NCBI GenBank assembly: GCA_016929095.1
Contig: JAFGJM010000002.1
Coordinates: 233,580 to 297,579 of the forward strand
DNA length: 64,000 nt
From: Anaerolineales bacterium
GTDB lineage: Bacteria; Chloroflexota; Anaerolineae; Anaerolineales; UBA4823
Reading direction: 5' to 3'
Numbering within the stretch: the stretch's first letter is position 1; each line of letters starts with the position of its first letter. The translations under genes and the position numbers were made by a program. This document shows, piece after piece, positions 46,101 to 55,863 of this stretch. The notes below the pieces were generated by a model. It searched no databases. It had not been told where the DNA came from and saw only the letters and a program-made list of their open reading frames with translations.

Positions 46101-48179
46101 CTATGGCGCTTCTATACTTGTATCGATCTGTTTTAATTCAAAATACGCCTGGATGACCTGTCGGACGATTGGCCCCGCAACGCTGGCTCCCTCACCTCCG
46201 TTGTATACAAAGGCTACCACCGCAATTTCAGGGTCCTCATAGGGTGCATATGCAATTGTCCAGGCATGAGAAGGCCAATTTCCGGGAATGCACAAGCCTT
46301 TGGCATTGGCATATTGGTCGCAATACTCTGCCGTACCGGTTTTTCCTGCTGCCGCAATGTCAAGCACCGAAAACTCTTTTTTTAATGTGCCAACCAGCAC
46401 AGCCTGACGCATCCCTTCCTGGACTTTCTTAATCACCCATTCCTCCACGTTTTTCGTTTGTCCCTCAATCTCTTCACATCCGCGTATCGTCGTATCGTAA
46501 TATTCCTGGATCACATTATCTTTGGTAATATCCCATTTCATTGTCGTGGTAAAAGGCTGAGTAACATTGCCTTCCGCATCCAAAATTTCATAAATCAATT
46601 TAGGCTGCATTAATTTCCCATCGTTGGCAACTGTTGCCGCAGACATTAATACCTGTAACGGTGTAGCCAAGACATAGCCTTGACCCACGCTGGAAATGTA
46701 GGTATCTCCTGTCGACCAGCCTTCGCCATGCGTAATTCGTTTCCATTTGGGATCGGGTATGAGCCCCTCCTCCTCGTCCGGAAGCCCAATATCCGGGTAA
46801 TCGCCGTAGCCCAAAGCCCGAGCGTATGTCCCCAGACGGCATACACCCAAACCTTCCGGGACTTCATCTTTATACCCACCACCCAGCTTATAAAAATAAA
46901 CATTGCTCGAATTAGCAATCCCGCCCAAAAAATCAAGATGCCCAAAACCCGCTTCATTCCAATCGGGAAATTCACGCTCTTTCCCAGGATCGTTGGCATA
47001 ATATTTCTCGGTAATGACGATTTTTGGCGGGGTGGATATTACCTGATCGGGAGTGACCACACCTTCGTTTAACGCCCCTACGGCTGTGGATAATTTAAAT
47101 ACAGAGCCAGCCGGTAAAGTATCGCCGACGGCATGGTTGAGCAACGGATTTGCCGGATCTTTGATCAATTGTTCGTAGTAATAAGCCGGGATCAGGCGCG
47201 CCATCCGATTGTTTTCATAAGTGGGATAAGATACCATGGCTAAAATTTCCCCCGTTTTAGGATTCATGGCAATCGTCACTCCGCTGGTAGAACGAATCGT
47301 TCCCAGATAAGCGTTCCAAAATTTTATCTCACGGTCGAGGATAGCGGTTGCCGCCTCCTGCAATCGTGTGTCGATAGTGAGTTTTAAGCTGCTACCAGCC
47401 ACGGCTGCTACGGGAGGCTCCAGATCACGCTGGGTTTCTCCAGCCACATCTACTTCCACTTTACGAATCCCGTTTGTACCCCCTAAGAGTTCTTGATATT
47501 GTAACTCCAGGCCTGCATAACCTACTTTATCCCGGTTTGCCACTAATCCCTGTTCTTCATAATATTCTTCCTGGTTTGCAGGGATAGGCCCCAAAAAACC
47601 AATAAACGCGGCTGTCAGAGACCCGGTAGGGTAATCTCGAATAAATGATGTTTCAATCGAGATTCCCGGCATATCTACCGATTTTTCTTGTACGCGCATG
47701 GCTGTTTCTTTAACCACATCGCATTTGATACGCACCGGTTGATATGGGGTAGATTGCTCACCATAGGTAGCGATCTGCATAATGCCATGCTCTGAAGTAC
47801 AGGGCACATAGGGTGTCTCAGCCGTGATTTCTCCCAGGTCTACCGGAACATCGATCAGCTTGGATAAGCGGCGATAAATCTCTTGTTTTTCGCCCTCGTC
47901 ATCCGGCAGTTCTGATGCAGTGATCACAACATTATATTGAGCTACATTGCGCGCCAGGATGACACCCCGCCGGTCATAGATAATGCCGCGTGTGGCTGCT
48001 GTGTTAACGATCAAGGTACGGTTTTCCTCGGCTTGAGCGGTCCAGGTGGACCATTGCAGTACTTGTAAAGCAAAAAGTCTGATCAAGTACACGAAAAAAA
48101 CCACACCAATGGCAACCGCAGCGCCGATGATTCGCCAACGCTCCAGAGAGCTTTTATCGGTGGGAATAGAACCATTCAT
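46101..48179 (-). CDS. mrdA: Penicillin-binding protein 2 (elongation-specific transpeptidase)
   Basis: SVFK (SxxK), SSN (SxN) and KTGTA motifs with an N-terminal TM anchor. Lies between mreD and minC. Confidence 0.85.
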   Translation of the reverse strand: MNGSIPTDKSSLERWRIIGAAVAIGVVFFVYLIRLFALQVLQWSTWTAQAEENRTLIVNTAATRGIIYDRRGVILARNVAQYNVVITASELPDDEGEKQEIYRRLSKLIDVPVDLGEITAETPYVPCTSEHGIMQIATYGEQSTPYQPVRIKCDVVKETAMRVQEKSVDMPGISIETSFIRDYPTGSLTAAFIGFLGPIPANQEEYYEEQGLVANRDKVGYAGLELQYQELLGGTNGIRKVEVDVAGETQRDLEPPVAAVAGSSLKLTIDTRLQEAATAILDREIKFWNAYLGTIRSTSGVTIAMNPKTGEILAMVSYPTYENNRMARLIPAYYYEQLIKDPANPLLNHAVGDTLPAGSVFKLSTAVGALNEGVVTPDQVISTPPKIVITEKYYANDPGKEREFPDWNEAGFGHLDFLGGIANSSNVYFYKLGGGYKDEVPEGLGVCRLGTYARALGYGDYPDIGLPDEEEGLIPDPKWKRITHGEGWSTGDTYISSVGQGYVLATPLQVLMSAATVANDGKLMQPKLIYEILDAEGNVTQPFTTTMKWDITKDNVIQEYYDTTIRGCEEIEGQTKNVEEWVIKKVQEGMRQAVLVGTLKKEFSVLDIAAAGKTGTAEYCDQYANAKGLCIPGNWPSHAWTIAYAPYEDPEIAVVAFVYNGGEGASVAGPIVRQVIQAYFELKQIDTSIEAP

Positions 48180-48679
48180 ACTTCAATTTCCTCAGGGTAT
48201 ACCCAATTTGCCAGGTCAGAGATAATCGCATAGATAGGGATGGCGAATATTATATTTAATATAACGCTGGGTAAAATAATCAAACCAATCGCATCCATAA
48301 CCGGAATAGGGTTGCCCGAAATTTTTACTCCAAGCAAACATATTCCTTGGAAAAGTATTGTGCCAATAAAGCTTAAGATCAACATGATCAATAACGGCAC
48401 CTGCCAGGTATGTCTGCGTAAAAAAAGTGTGACACCAGTAATCATAATAAAACCGATCAAAGCGACACCAAAAGGCAATGATGAAGCGATCGTATAGACC
48501 AATCCGCCAATGATACACCAATGCCAGGGAGTTCGCACTCGTTTATGTAAAGCCCAGGCAACAACGGTTAATAATAATACATTCGGAGTACCTTGCAGCA
48601 ATGCCATCCGATTGATAATCGTGGATTGTAAAATAATCAAAATACCAAATACGGGTATAGCAATTATTGTCGCTAACAT
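48176..48679 (-). CDS. mreD: Rod shape-determining protein MreD
   Basis: 167-aa polytopic membrane protein between mreC and mrdA. It shares a 4-nt overlap with the mrdA start. Confidence 0.7.
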   Translation of the reverse strand: MLATIIAIPVFGILIILQSTIINRMALLQGTPNVLLLTVVAWALHKRVRTPWHWCIIGGLVYTIASSLPFGVALIGFIMITGVTLFLRRHTWQVPLLIMLILSFIGTILFQGICLLGVKISGNPIPVMDAIGLIILPSVILNIIFAIPIYAIISDLANWVYPEEIEV

Positions 48680-48707
48680 AAGGTTGATTTTCCTACAAAC
48701 GCTGCCC

Positions 48708-49547
48708 TTATTCTGGGGGAATCAGAGGTTCATAATCGATCGGTTCAAAATTGGTGATCACCAGCACAATAGACAATTGAGAAAAATCAACTACCGGTTG
48801 CACCGAGGCGCGCTGGAAAAGATCTTGATCACGTTTTCGTACTCCGCTAACTTGTCCGATCAAAATATTGGCAGGATACCCCCCTCCCAATCCCGAGGTT
48901 AATACCAGATCACCGGCTTTCACATCCGCCTCCTGGGGAATCATTTCTAAAGTAATGTCCCCTGTTATTTGACCAGCGATCATGGCCTGAGCCCCCGATG
49001 GTTCCAGGCGGATATTTACACTGGAAGCCGGATCTATGATCAATTGCACACGCGCCGCGCCGGCAGTCACCCCGGAAATTCTCCCCACCAAACCTTGCTG
49101 GGTAACCACAGGCATGCCGCGTCGCAATCCATTATCGGAACCGCTATTGATGATCACATATTGAAGGAATGGACTTGGATCGGTTGCCACAACTGTAGCA
49201 GCCTGATATTCGTATTCGGGATTGGCGCGTGCAAAATCAACCAGCGCCGATAATATCTTTGTATCTGCTATTTGTTGCTGCAGTTCAATGATTTGTACCT
49301 GCAACCGGGAGACTTCTGCTTCCAATTCTACGTTGCGTTGTCGCAACACTGTTGTATCCTCCGAGGCGTGAAGGATACTCTGTACTGCCTGATAACGACT
49401 GGTTATCCAGCCTTGAGCGCTTGTGACAGGATTGATGAAAAGGCGGGAGAGTGAAGATAAGTATCCCCCTAAAGCCAGTCCGATCAAACCAAGCGCTATC
49501 AAAACCAGTACGATCGTTTGTATAGATCGAGACGTGGAGGTATTCAT
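48708..49547 (-). CDS. mreC: Rod shape-determining protein MreC
   Basis: N-terminal TM helix, a coiled coil (LEAEVSRLQVQIIELQQQ) and beta-barrel repeats (GMPVVTQQGLVGRI, GDLVLTSGLGGGYP). Confidence 0.85.
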   Translation of the reverse strand: MNTSTSRSIQTIVLVLIALGLIGLALGGYLSSLSRLFINPVTSAQGWITSRYQAVQSILHASEDTTVLRQRNVELEAEVSRLQVQIIELQQQIADTKILSALVDFARANPEYEYQAATVVATDPSPFLQYVIINSGSDNGLRRGMPVVTQQGLVGRISGVTAGAARVQLIIDPASSVNIRLEPSGAQAMIAGQITGDITLEMIPQEADVKAGDLVLTSGLGGGYPANILIGQVSGVRKRDQDLFQRASVQPVVDFSQLSIVLVITNFEPIDYEPLIPPE

Positions 49548-49559
49548 AGGGTATACAGG

Positions 49560-50627
49560 TTAATTATGTTTCGTACTTCCTCGTTCAAGCCCGACTAAAA
49601 GACGGTCGAATTGGTCGAGATTCTCGAGCACCATGCCCGCCCCCCGCGCGACACTGCTCATAGGATCGTCAGCCAGCCAGGCGCGAATACGCAATTCATC
49701 TGTCAAACGGCGGTCAAATCCCAATAACTGGGAGCCGCCTCCGGAAAGACAAATGCCGGTATCCATCAAATCGGCAATGATTTCTGGCGGTGCTTCATCC
49801 AATGCATCTTTGATCGTATCGATGATGGTTTGCACTGATCCCGAAATGGCTTCTCGAATTTCTACAGAAGACACTTCGATTTCTTCAGGCAATCCGGTGA
49901 CGAGGTTGCGCCCGCGCAGTGATATGGTTTTCTCCTCCGGGAGATGGTACGCCGAGCCAATTTGGATTTTTGCGATCTCCGCCATGCGTTCACCGATAAG
50001 CAGGTTGTATTTGTTGCGCATATATTGGACAATATCTGTATCCATTTCATCGCCAGCCACACGCAAAGAACGCGAAACCACAATCCCACCCATTGAAAGA
50101 ATAGCAACCTCTGAGGTGCCGCCGCCGATATCCACGATCATGCTGCCGCGTATCTCTGATATCGGCAACCCTGCCCCCAGTGCTGCCGCGACCGGCTCTT
50201 CGATCAAATAGGTCTCACGCGCGCCAGCCGACATTGCGGCATCATAAACAGCTCGCTTTTCCACTTCGGTCACCCCGCAGGGAATGCCAATCACCACTCT
50301 GGGTCGAGGCATGGGAACAATACCTTGTTCATGAGCTTTACCAATAAAATAAATCAACATTTCTTGGGTAATTTCATACTCAGCAATCACACCATCCCGC
50401 ACCGGGCGTACAGCAATGATATTTGCCGGAGTGCGACCGACCATTTGTTTTGCCTCTGCACCAACCGCCAATGGTTTTCGTGATTTTTTGTCAATAGCGA
50501 CCCAAGAAGGTTCGTGGATAACAATACCTTTGCCACGCACATTGACCAGGGTGTTAGCCGTGCCCAGGTCGATGCCTATGTCGAGTGAAAAGAACCCCAA
50601 AAACCAGTTAAGGGGATTAAATGCCAA
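49560..50627 (-). CDS. mreB: Actin-like rod shape-determining protein MreB
   Basis: IGIDLGTANTLV and DIGGGTSEVA motifs. 355 aa. Confidence 0.9.
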   Translation of the reverse strand: MAFNPLNWFLGFFSLDIGIDLGTANTLVNVRGKGIVIHEPSWVAIDKKSRKPLAVGAEAKQMVGRTPANIIAVRPVRDGVIAEYEITQEMLIYFIGKAHEQGIVPMPRPRVVIGIPCGVTEVEKRAVYDAAMSAGARETYLIEEPVAAALGAGLPISEIRGSMIVDIGGGTSEVAILSMGGIVVSRSLRVAGDEMDTDIVQYMRNKYNLLIGERMAEIAKIQIGSAYHLPEEKTISLRGRNLVTGLPEEIEVSSVEIREAISGSVQTIIDTIKDALDEAPPEIIADLMDTGICLSGGGSQLLGFDRRLTDELRIRAWLADDPMSSVARGAGMVLENLDQFDRLLVGLERGSTKHN

Positions 50628-50987
50628 AATATGCTCCTCAGTCCGTTGCGTAATAAATTATGATCTCTTGGTGTGTACCTGCTCGTGATGCTAAGGGGCA
50701 GTTTGGCAGGTCCGCCCACGACACATCGTCGCAGATTATACCATCGAACATCTGTAGCATAGTATCCCACACGTCAGAATAAAATTAGACCTCTTTAATC
50801 TTACTATTACTTGCTTATTAATATTAAGTTAAACACACCCCAATTGTATGGATATTCTCAAATATTTGGATTAATATTTACTAATCATCTGGATGATAAA
50901 TTCTGTTCTACAAGCCTGGGTAATAAGATATAATCGAGCAGTATCATAAAATATGGAGGTGACGCGAATACAAAAAAATAACGGGAA

Positions 50988-51192
50988 AGACAGCGCATGG
51001 CTCAATTGGGGGTTTATGAGTGACGAGGATGAGGGTTCCTGTTTGCGAAAACAGGTTAACCGGGGAACCGGGAAAATCGAAAGATCAGCGGATGCCCTCC
51101 GGGTGCTCCACCACCCGATACCTTTCCCTCCAAAGTGAGACTATCTGTTCAACACTACCCGGGTAACCGGACAGACAAACGCGGATAGAGTG
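50988..51192 (+). promoter_or_regulatory. glmS ribozyme (GlcN6P-activated self-cleaving riboswitch)
   Basis: A|GCGC cleavage-site-like start at 50992/50993, followed by the conserved core GACGAGGATGAGGGTT...ATCGAAAGATCAGCGGATGCCCTCCGGGTG and a P4-like distal hairpin (CTATCTGT...ACAGA...GATAG). It lies directly upstream of glmS. Confidence 0.8.
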
Positions 51193-51322
51193 GTTTTGAA
51201 AGTGAGAAGTGAATTGAAAATAGTGAGTGGTTATTTACGTACAAATCTCATTAAATTACTCCCACTCACTCTTCACCAGTCACACCTCGCAAATTGACGA
51301 ATAACTCTAATTGGAGGATCCT

Positions 51323-53164
51323 ATGTGCGGCATAGTTGGATATATTGGCGATCGTGATGCAACGCTGGTCATTTTAAATGGCTTGAAACGGTTGGAATAC
51401 CGCGGTTATGATTCCGCAGGTTTGGCAGTTCTGGAAAACGGTCATATAGAAATCCGTAGAGACGCAGGGAAGCTCTCCCGCCTTTCTCTGCTGGTGGATG
51501 AAACCCCTGTGCACGGCAAGCTGGGCATTGGACACACCCGCTGGGCAACCCATGGCGAACCCAGCGCCCGAAACGCCCACCCCCATTTAGGCAACACTGG
51601 TGATGTAGTCCTGGTGCATAATGGTATCGTCGAAAACTTCCTGGAGTTAAAAGATGAACTCACCGCTATGGGAGCAATATTCAACTCCGAAACTGATTCG
51701 GAAGTGATAGTACACTTGATCGAACGTTATTACTCCACGGGAAAAAACCTGGTCGAAGCCACTCGATTAGCCTTGGGATTCATTCGCGGCGCCCACAGCA
51801 TCGTGGTCATTTCATCTCGCGAACCCGACAAAATCGTTGCCGCGCGCATCGGAAACGCCGGCGGGGTGGTGGTTGGTTTGGGAGAAAATGAAAATTTCGT
51901 CGCTTCGGATATCCCCGCTATCCTGGAATACACCCGTCAGATGGTATTTCTAGAATCCAGCCAAATGGCAGTTGTATCCAAAAAGGATATAAAAGTTCTC
52001 TCCCTGGACGGTAAAGAAATTGAACCCCAGGTACATACCATTAGCTGGGATGCCGCCGCGGCAGAAAAAGGTGAATACCGTCATTTTATGCAAAAAGAAA
52101 TCCATGAGCAGGTACGCTCCCTCACCGATACCCTGGCTGGCAGGGTGGACTTCAAAACCAGTCGTATCCGCCTGCCCGAATTAAACCTCACCGAGTCATT
52201 TGCAAAGCAAATTCAAAAAATCGTCATCATTGCCTGCGGTACTGCCTCGCATGCCGGCATGGTTGGTAAAACGTTGATCGAACGTATTGCCCGCCTCCCG
52301 GTAGAAGTGGATATTGCCTCCGAATTTCGCTATCGCGATCCCATCCTGGATGATAAAACGGTTGTCCTGGCTATCAGCCAATCCGGCGAGACCGCCGATA
52401 CTTTGGCAGCAATGGAAGAAGCCCGCTCAAAAGGCGCGGCGCTTTGGTCGATTGTTAATGTTGTCGGTTCTCAGGCGATGCGCCTGGCAAACGGTCACAT
52501 CGCCATGCAAAGCGGACCCGAGATCGGCGTGGCTTCGACCAAAGCCTACACAGCTCCCCTGGTTGATCTATACATGCTGGCAGTGCTGTTGGGAGATTTG
52601 CGGGGCGCGATTAAACCAACGGAGCGGGAAAAACTGATTGCCGACTTGCGTCTCATCCCCGATCTGGTCGGGCAATGTCTGGAAAGGGAACCACAAACGG
52701 AAGCGGTAGCGCGTGCGCTAATGAATACCAGCCATTGTTTGTATTTAGGCAGAGGCGTGAATATGCCCACCGCTTACGAAGGCGCTTTAAAATTGAAAGA
52801 GATATCATACATTCACGCCGAGGGCTACCCGGCTGGCGAGATGAAACACGGTCCTATCGCGCTTATCGATCGTCAAATGCCGGTTATTGCCATCGCCCCC
52901 CGCGATCCCTGGTATGAAAAAATGCTCAGCCAGGTAGAGCAAGCCAAAGCGCGTGGCGGTATCGTGATTGCCCTGGCAACGGATGGCGACGAACGCCTGC
53001 CCGATATTGCCGACCATATCCTCTGGCTGCCGGAAACACCCTGGCTGCTTTCACCGGTGACAGCAGTCATCCCATTACAATTATTGGCATATCACATCGC
53101 CGCCAGTCGCGGCCTGGATGTCGATCAGCCGCGTAATCTGGCAAAAAGTGTCACGGTGGAATGA
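51323..53164 (+). CDS. glmS: Glutamine--fructose-6-phosphate aminotransferase
   Basis: The obligatory MCGIVGY N-terminus (ATG 51323) is preceded by GGAGGA. The C-terminal SIS domains end in KSVTVE. Confidence 0.95.
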   Translation: MCGIVGYIGDRDATLVILNGLKRLEYRGYDSAGLAVLENGHIEIRRDAGKLSRLSLLVDETPVHGKLGIGHTRWATHGEPSARNAHPHLGNTGDVVLVHNGIVENFLELKDELTAMGAIFNSETDSEVIVHLIERYYSTGKNLVEATRLALGFIRGAHSIVVISSREPDKIVAARIGNAGGVVVGLGENENFVASDIPAILEYTRQMVFLESSQMAVVSKKDIKVLSLDGKEIEPQVHTISWDAAAAEKGEYRHFMQKEIHEQVRSLTDTLAGRVDFKTSRIRLPELNLTESFAKQIQKIVIIACGTASHAGMVGKTLIERIARLPVEVDIASEFRYRDPILDDKTVVLAISQSGETADTLAAMEEARSKGAALWSIVNVVGSQAMRLANGHIAMQSGPEIGVASTKAYTAPLVDLYMLAVLLGDLRGAIKPTEREKLIADLRLIPDLVGQCLEREPQTEAVARALMNTSHCLYLGRGVNMPTAYEGALKLKEISYIHAEGYPAGEMKHGPIALIDRQMPVIAIAPRDPWYEKMLSQVEQAKARGGIVIALATDGDERLPDIADHILWLPETPWLLSPVTAVIPLQLLAYHIAASRGLDVDQPRNLAKSVTVE

Positions 53165-53170
53165 AAAATC

Positions 53171-53365
53171 ATGATAAAGTGGAAATCGATTAAACCAATA
53201 GCCATCATTTTAGGTTTATTCGGTGCAGGCATGCTTCCCTGTCCGGATTGCGGCGCGCCGATGATCGTGCATTTTTGGCCAGTCGCTGTGATTTTATTCA
53301 TAACCAATGCCCTAAAGAAAAAGCGCCGGAAAGAAGAAAAAACGGAAAAATCGATCTCTGAATAA
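53171..53365 (+). CDS. Hypothetical small membrane protein (64 aa)
   Basis: Two hydrophobic segments flank a CPDCG motif, and the C-terminal tail is Lys/Glu-rich. It starts 7 nt after the glmS stop. No family was recognised. Confidence 0.35.
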   Translation: MIKWKSIKPIAIILGLFGAGMLPCPDCGAPMIVHFWPVAVILFITNALKKKRRKEEKTEKSISE

Positions 53366-53422
53366 AAAGCCCCAGAAGGCTATTAAATAGATCATATTAA
53401 ATACCTGAATTTTTTTCAGTCG

Positions 53423-53472
53423 AAACACAAAGACACAAAGTTATATCAATGGAACTTTGTGTCTTTGTGTTT
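53423..53472. terminator. Perfect 20-bp inverted repeat hairpin (possible terminator or processing site)
   Basis: AAACACAAAGACACAAAGTT, a 10-nt loop, then AACTTTGTGTCTTTGTGTTT. The stem ends in GTGTTT but no long T tract follows. Confidence 0.45.
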
Positions 53473-53576
53473 AACCCATTCTCGCCAATTCAATCCTGAT
53501 TACGCGTATTGATATATCCCAAAAGCTCGATCTTATGACAACGGTATATAAGACGGCTTAACACTTTGGTTTTTTC

Positions 53577-53619
53577 TTGACAGTTTGAGGAAAAGTATTA
53601 TAATAAAATGATTATTATA
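53577..53619 (+). promoter_or_regulatory. Near-consensus promoter with a palindrome overlapping the -10 (candidate metal-regulator operator) upstream of the ZIP transporter
   Basis: TTGACA (53577-53582), a 16-nt spacer, then TATAAT (53599-53604). The palindrome TATAATAA-aatga-TTATTATA spans 53599-53619. Confidence 0.45.
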
Positions 53620-53786
53620 TACTAATATAAATTATTATTATGTTCTAATTAGTGGCACAAAATAAATACCTGCAGTAGTTCGTCGATATCTCCATAGAAA
53701 ATCGGGGATAGAAAAACTTATGATCAATAATTACTGACACATTATTTATCTTAAATATTGTGACTAACTTAAAAAGGGAAAACATA

Positions 53787-54599
53787 ATGCAAAACTTATC
53801 CACACTAAACCCAATCTTATTAGCGTTATTAGCCACGTTATTTACCTGGGGTGTAACTGCCTTAGGCTCCGGAATGGTATTTTTCTTTAAAAGCATCGAC
53901 CGAAAAATATTAAACACCATGCTAGGATTTGCTGCCGGCGTTATGATCGCGGCAAGCTTCTGGTCTCTTCTTCTTCCGGCCATCGAAATGACCGACGCGG
54001 ATGGGGGGATATCATGGCTCCCGGCTTTGGTCGGATTTCTATCGGGTGGCGCGTTTTTATTGCTGGTTGACCGCATTCTTCCCCACCTCCATTTGGGGCT
54101 TTCGATAGATAAAGCAGAGGGAATGAAAACATCCTGGCGCAGAAGTATTCTTCTTGTGCTGGCAATCACGCTCCACAATATTCCCGAAGGTCTGGCTGTA
54201 GGTGTTGCATTTGGGGCCATTGCAGCATCTTTGCCCGCCGCCTCATTTGCGGGAGCTGTGGCTTTGGCGTTGGGGATTGGCTTACAAAATTTCCCCGAAG
54301 GCGCTGCCGTTTCTATACCTTTGCGCCGTGAAGGACTGACCAGGTTTAAAAGCTTTTGGTATGGCCAGCTCTCTGGCGTGGTAGAACCCATCGCCGGAGT
54401 ACTGGGCGCAGCTTTGGTAATCTTAGTACAACCATTGCTTCCCTATGCCTTATCATTTGCAGCCGGCGCCATGATCTTTGTCGTCGTTGAGGAACTCATT
54501 CCGGAGGCACAGCGCGAGAACTGGGATACAAACCTTTCCACAATTGGTGCCATGTTAGGCTTCGCGGTCATGATGGTGCTGGACGTCGCTTTGGGTTAA
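53787..54599 (+). CDS. ZIP-family divalent metal transporter (ZupT/GufA-like)
   Basis: [14 protein letters not shown] and [12 protein letters not shown] motifs. Polytopic. ATG 53787 is preferred over the GTG at 53760. Confidence 0.85.
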   Translation: MQNLSTLNPILLALLATLFTWGVTALGSGMVFFFKSIDRKILNTMLGFAAGVMIAASFWSLLLPAIEMTDADGGISWLPALVGFLSGGAFLLLVDRILPHLHLGLSIDKAEGMKTSWRRSILLVLAITLHNIPEGLAVGVAFGAIAASLPAASFAGAVALALGIGLQNFPEGAAVSIPLRREGLTRFKSFWYGQLSGVVEPIAGVLGAALVILVQPLLPYALSFAAGAMIFVVVEELIPEAQRENWDTNLSTIGAMLGFAVMMVLDVALG

Positions 54600-54608
54600 A
54601 ATGGCTTT

Positions 54609-55433
54609 ATGCCTACAAACCAAAAACATCAAATTACCCTTACACAAGCACAAGAAACCCTCTTGATCCCTTTATACGCCAAAGCCGTAGAGAGCCGCCA
54701 GCCCCATCCCATTTTCTTCGATCAAAAAACGCTGGATATCCTGGACCAGGTGAAATATGATTTTTCGCACCTCAACGTTCCTCGAAAAACAACGCTCATG
54801 GTTTGCATGCGTGCCAGCAAACTAGACGACTATACGAATAATTTTTTAGCAGAACAACCCGATACGGTTGTTCTGCATTTAGGCTGTGGATTGGACAGCC
54901 GTTATTTAAGGATAAACAATTCCCGGGTGAAATGGTACGACCTGGACATGCCGAATGTCATAGACCTGCGCAGGAAGTTCTATCAGGAAACAGACAAGTA
55001 TCATATGATCGCGTCTTCTGTGACAGACCATGCCTGGCTAGACTCGCTTTCCCCCATCAACCGCCCGGTATTGGTGGTCGCAGAAGGTTTATTAATGTAT
55101 CTCAGGGAAGAAGATGTCAAAGCGTTATTCTTAAAATTAAAACAAACATTTTCGCCATGTTCGATTGTATTCGATGCCTTCAGCACACTGACTGCAAAAA
55201 GTGTAAAACATCAACCGTCTATTAAAAAGACTGAAGCCGCTGTTCATTGGGGAATCGATAACCCTGCGGATATCGAAAAGTGGTCAGAAGGGATTAAATT
55301 TCGTGAAGAGTGGTTCTTTAGTCAATCTGAAATTATTCAGAAATTGGGAACAGGGTACCGGTTGATGTTCAAATTAGCCAATCTTTTCCCGCTTGCGAAT
55401 AAAGCTCACCGGATTCTATATTTCACCCTTTGA
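54609..55433 (+). CDS. Class I SAM-dependent methyltransferase (TcmP / leucine carboxyl methyltransferase-like)
   Basis: VVLHLGCGLDSRYLRI (motif I), VVAEGLLMYL and 274 aa are typical of this O-methyltransferase family. Confidence 0.75.
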   Translation: MPTNQKHQITLTQAQETLLIPLYAKAVESRQPHPIFFDQKTLDILDQVKYDFSHLNVPRKTTLMVCMRASKLDDYTNNFLAEQPDTVVLHLGCGLDSRYLRINNSRVKWYDLDMPNVIDLRRKFYQETDKYHMIASSVTDHAWLDSLSPINRPVLVVAEGLLMYLREEDVKALFLKLKQTFSPCSIVFDAFSTLTAKSVKHQPSIKKTEAAVHWGIDNPADIEKWSEGIKFREEWFFSQSEIIQKLGTGYRLMFKLANLFPLANKAHRILYFTL

Positions 55434-55849
55434 AAAAAAAGCATATGGATGCGCGAAATAAACCACCAATAATCACAGTAGTTTCCGGGCTGCCTCGTTC
55501 CGGGACTTCGATGATGATGAAAATTCTGGAAGCTGGCGGTATGGAACTACTCACCGATCATATTCGAAAAGCGGATAATTTCAATCCCCGGGGTTATTAT
55601 GAATTCGAACCCGTAAAATCTCTTCCAAAGGGACAAATCGACTGGTTACCTTCTGCTGCCGGCAAAGCTGTTAAAATCATTGCGCCATTGTTGCACTTCC
55701 TGCCTACAGACTATTTATATAAAATTATCTTTATGACTCGCGCCATGGATGAAATTCTACTATCGCAACGGAAAATGGTTTCCGCCTTTGGAAAACAAGA
55801 TAACTTTACTGATGACGAAATGATGAAGAAGATTTTTGACGATCAGTAA
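55430..55849 (+). CDS. Sulfotransferase-family-like protein, probably C-terminally truncated
   Basis: N-terminal PAPS-loop-like VVSGLPRSGTSMMMKILEAGG. The ORF is only 139 aa and ends abruptly (KKIFDDQ*). As far as I recall, homologues are about 190-200 aa. Confidence 0.5.
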   Translation: MKKKHMDARNKPPIITVVSGLPRSGTSMMMKILEAGGMELLTDHIRKADNFNPRGYYEFEPVKSLPKGQIDWLPSAAGKAVKIIAPLLHFLPTDYLYKIIFMTRAMDEILLSQRKMVSAFGKQDNFTDDEMMKKIFDDQ

Positions 55850-55863
55850 ATATATAATAAAAT

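Noticed and set aside
49633-50211. 192-aa plus-strand ORF
   Set aside because: It is antisense to mreB, which has unambiguous actin-fold motifs.
50953-51138. 61-aa plus-strand ORF upstream of glmS
   Set aside because: It lies entirely inside the glmS ribozyme, where the conserved RNA core explains the sequence.
53645-54391. 248-aa minus-strand ORF
   Set aside because: It lies antisense to the well-supported ZIP transporter gene. It has low-complexity Pro/Ala/Ser/Arg-rich composition and no motif, so it is a shadow ORF.
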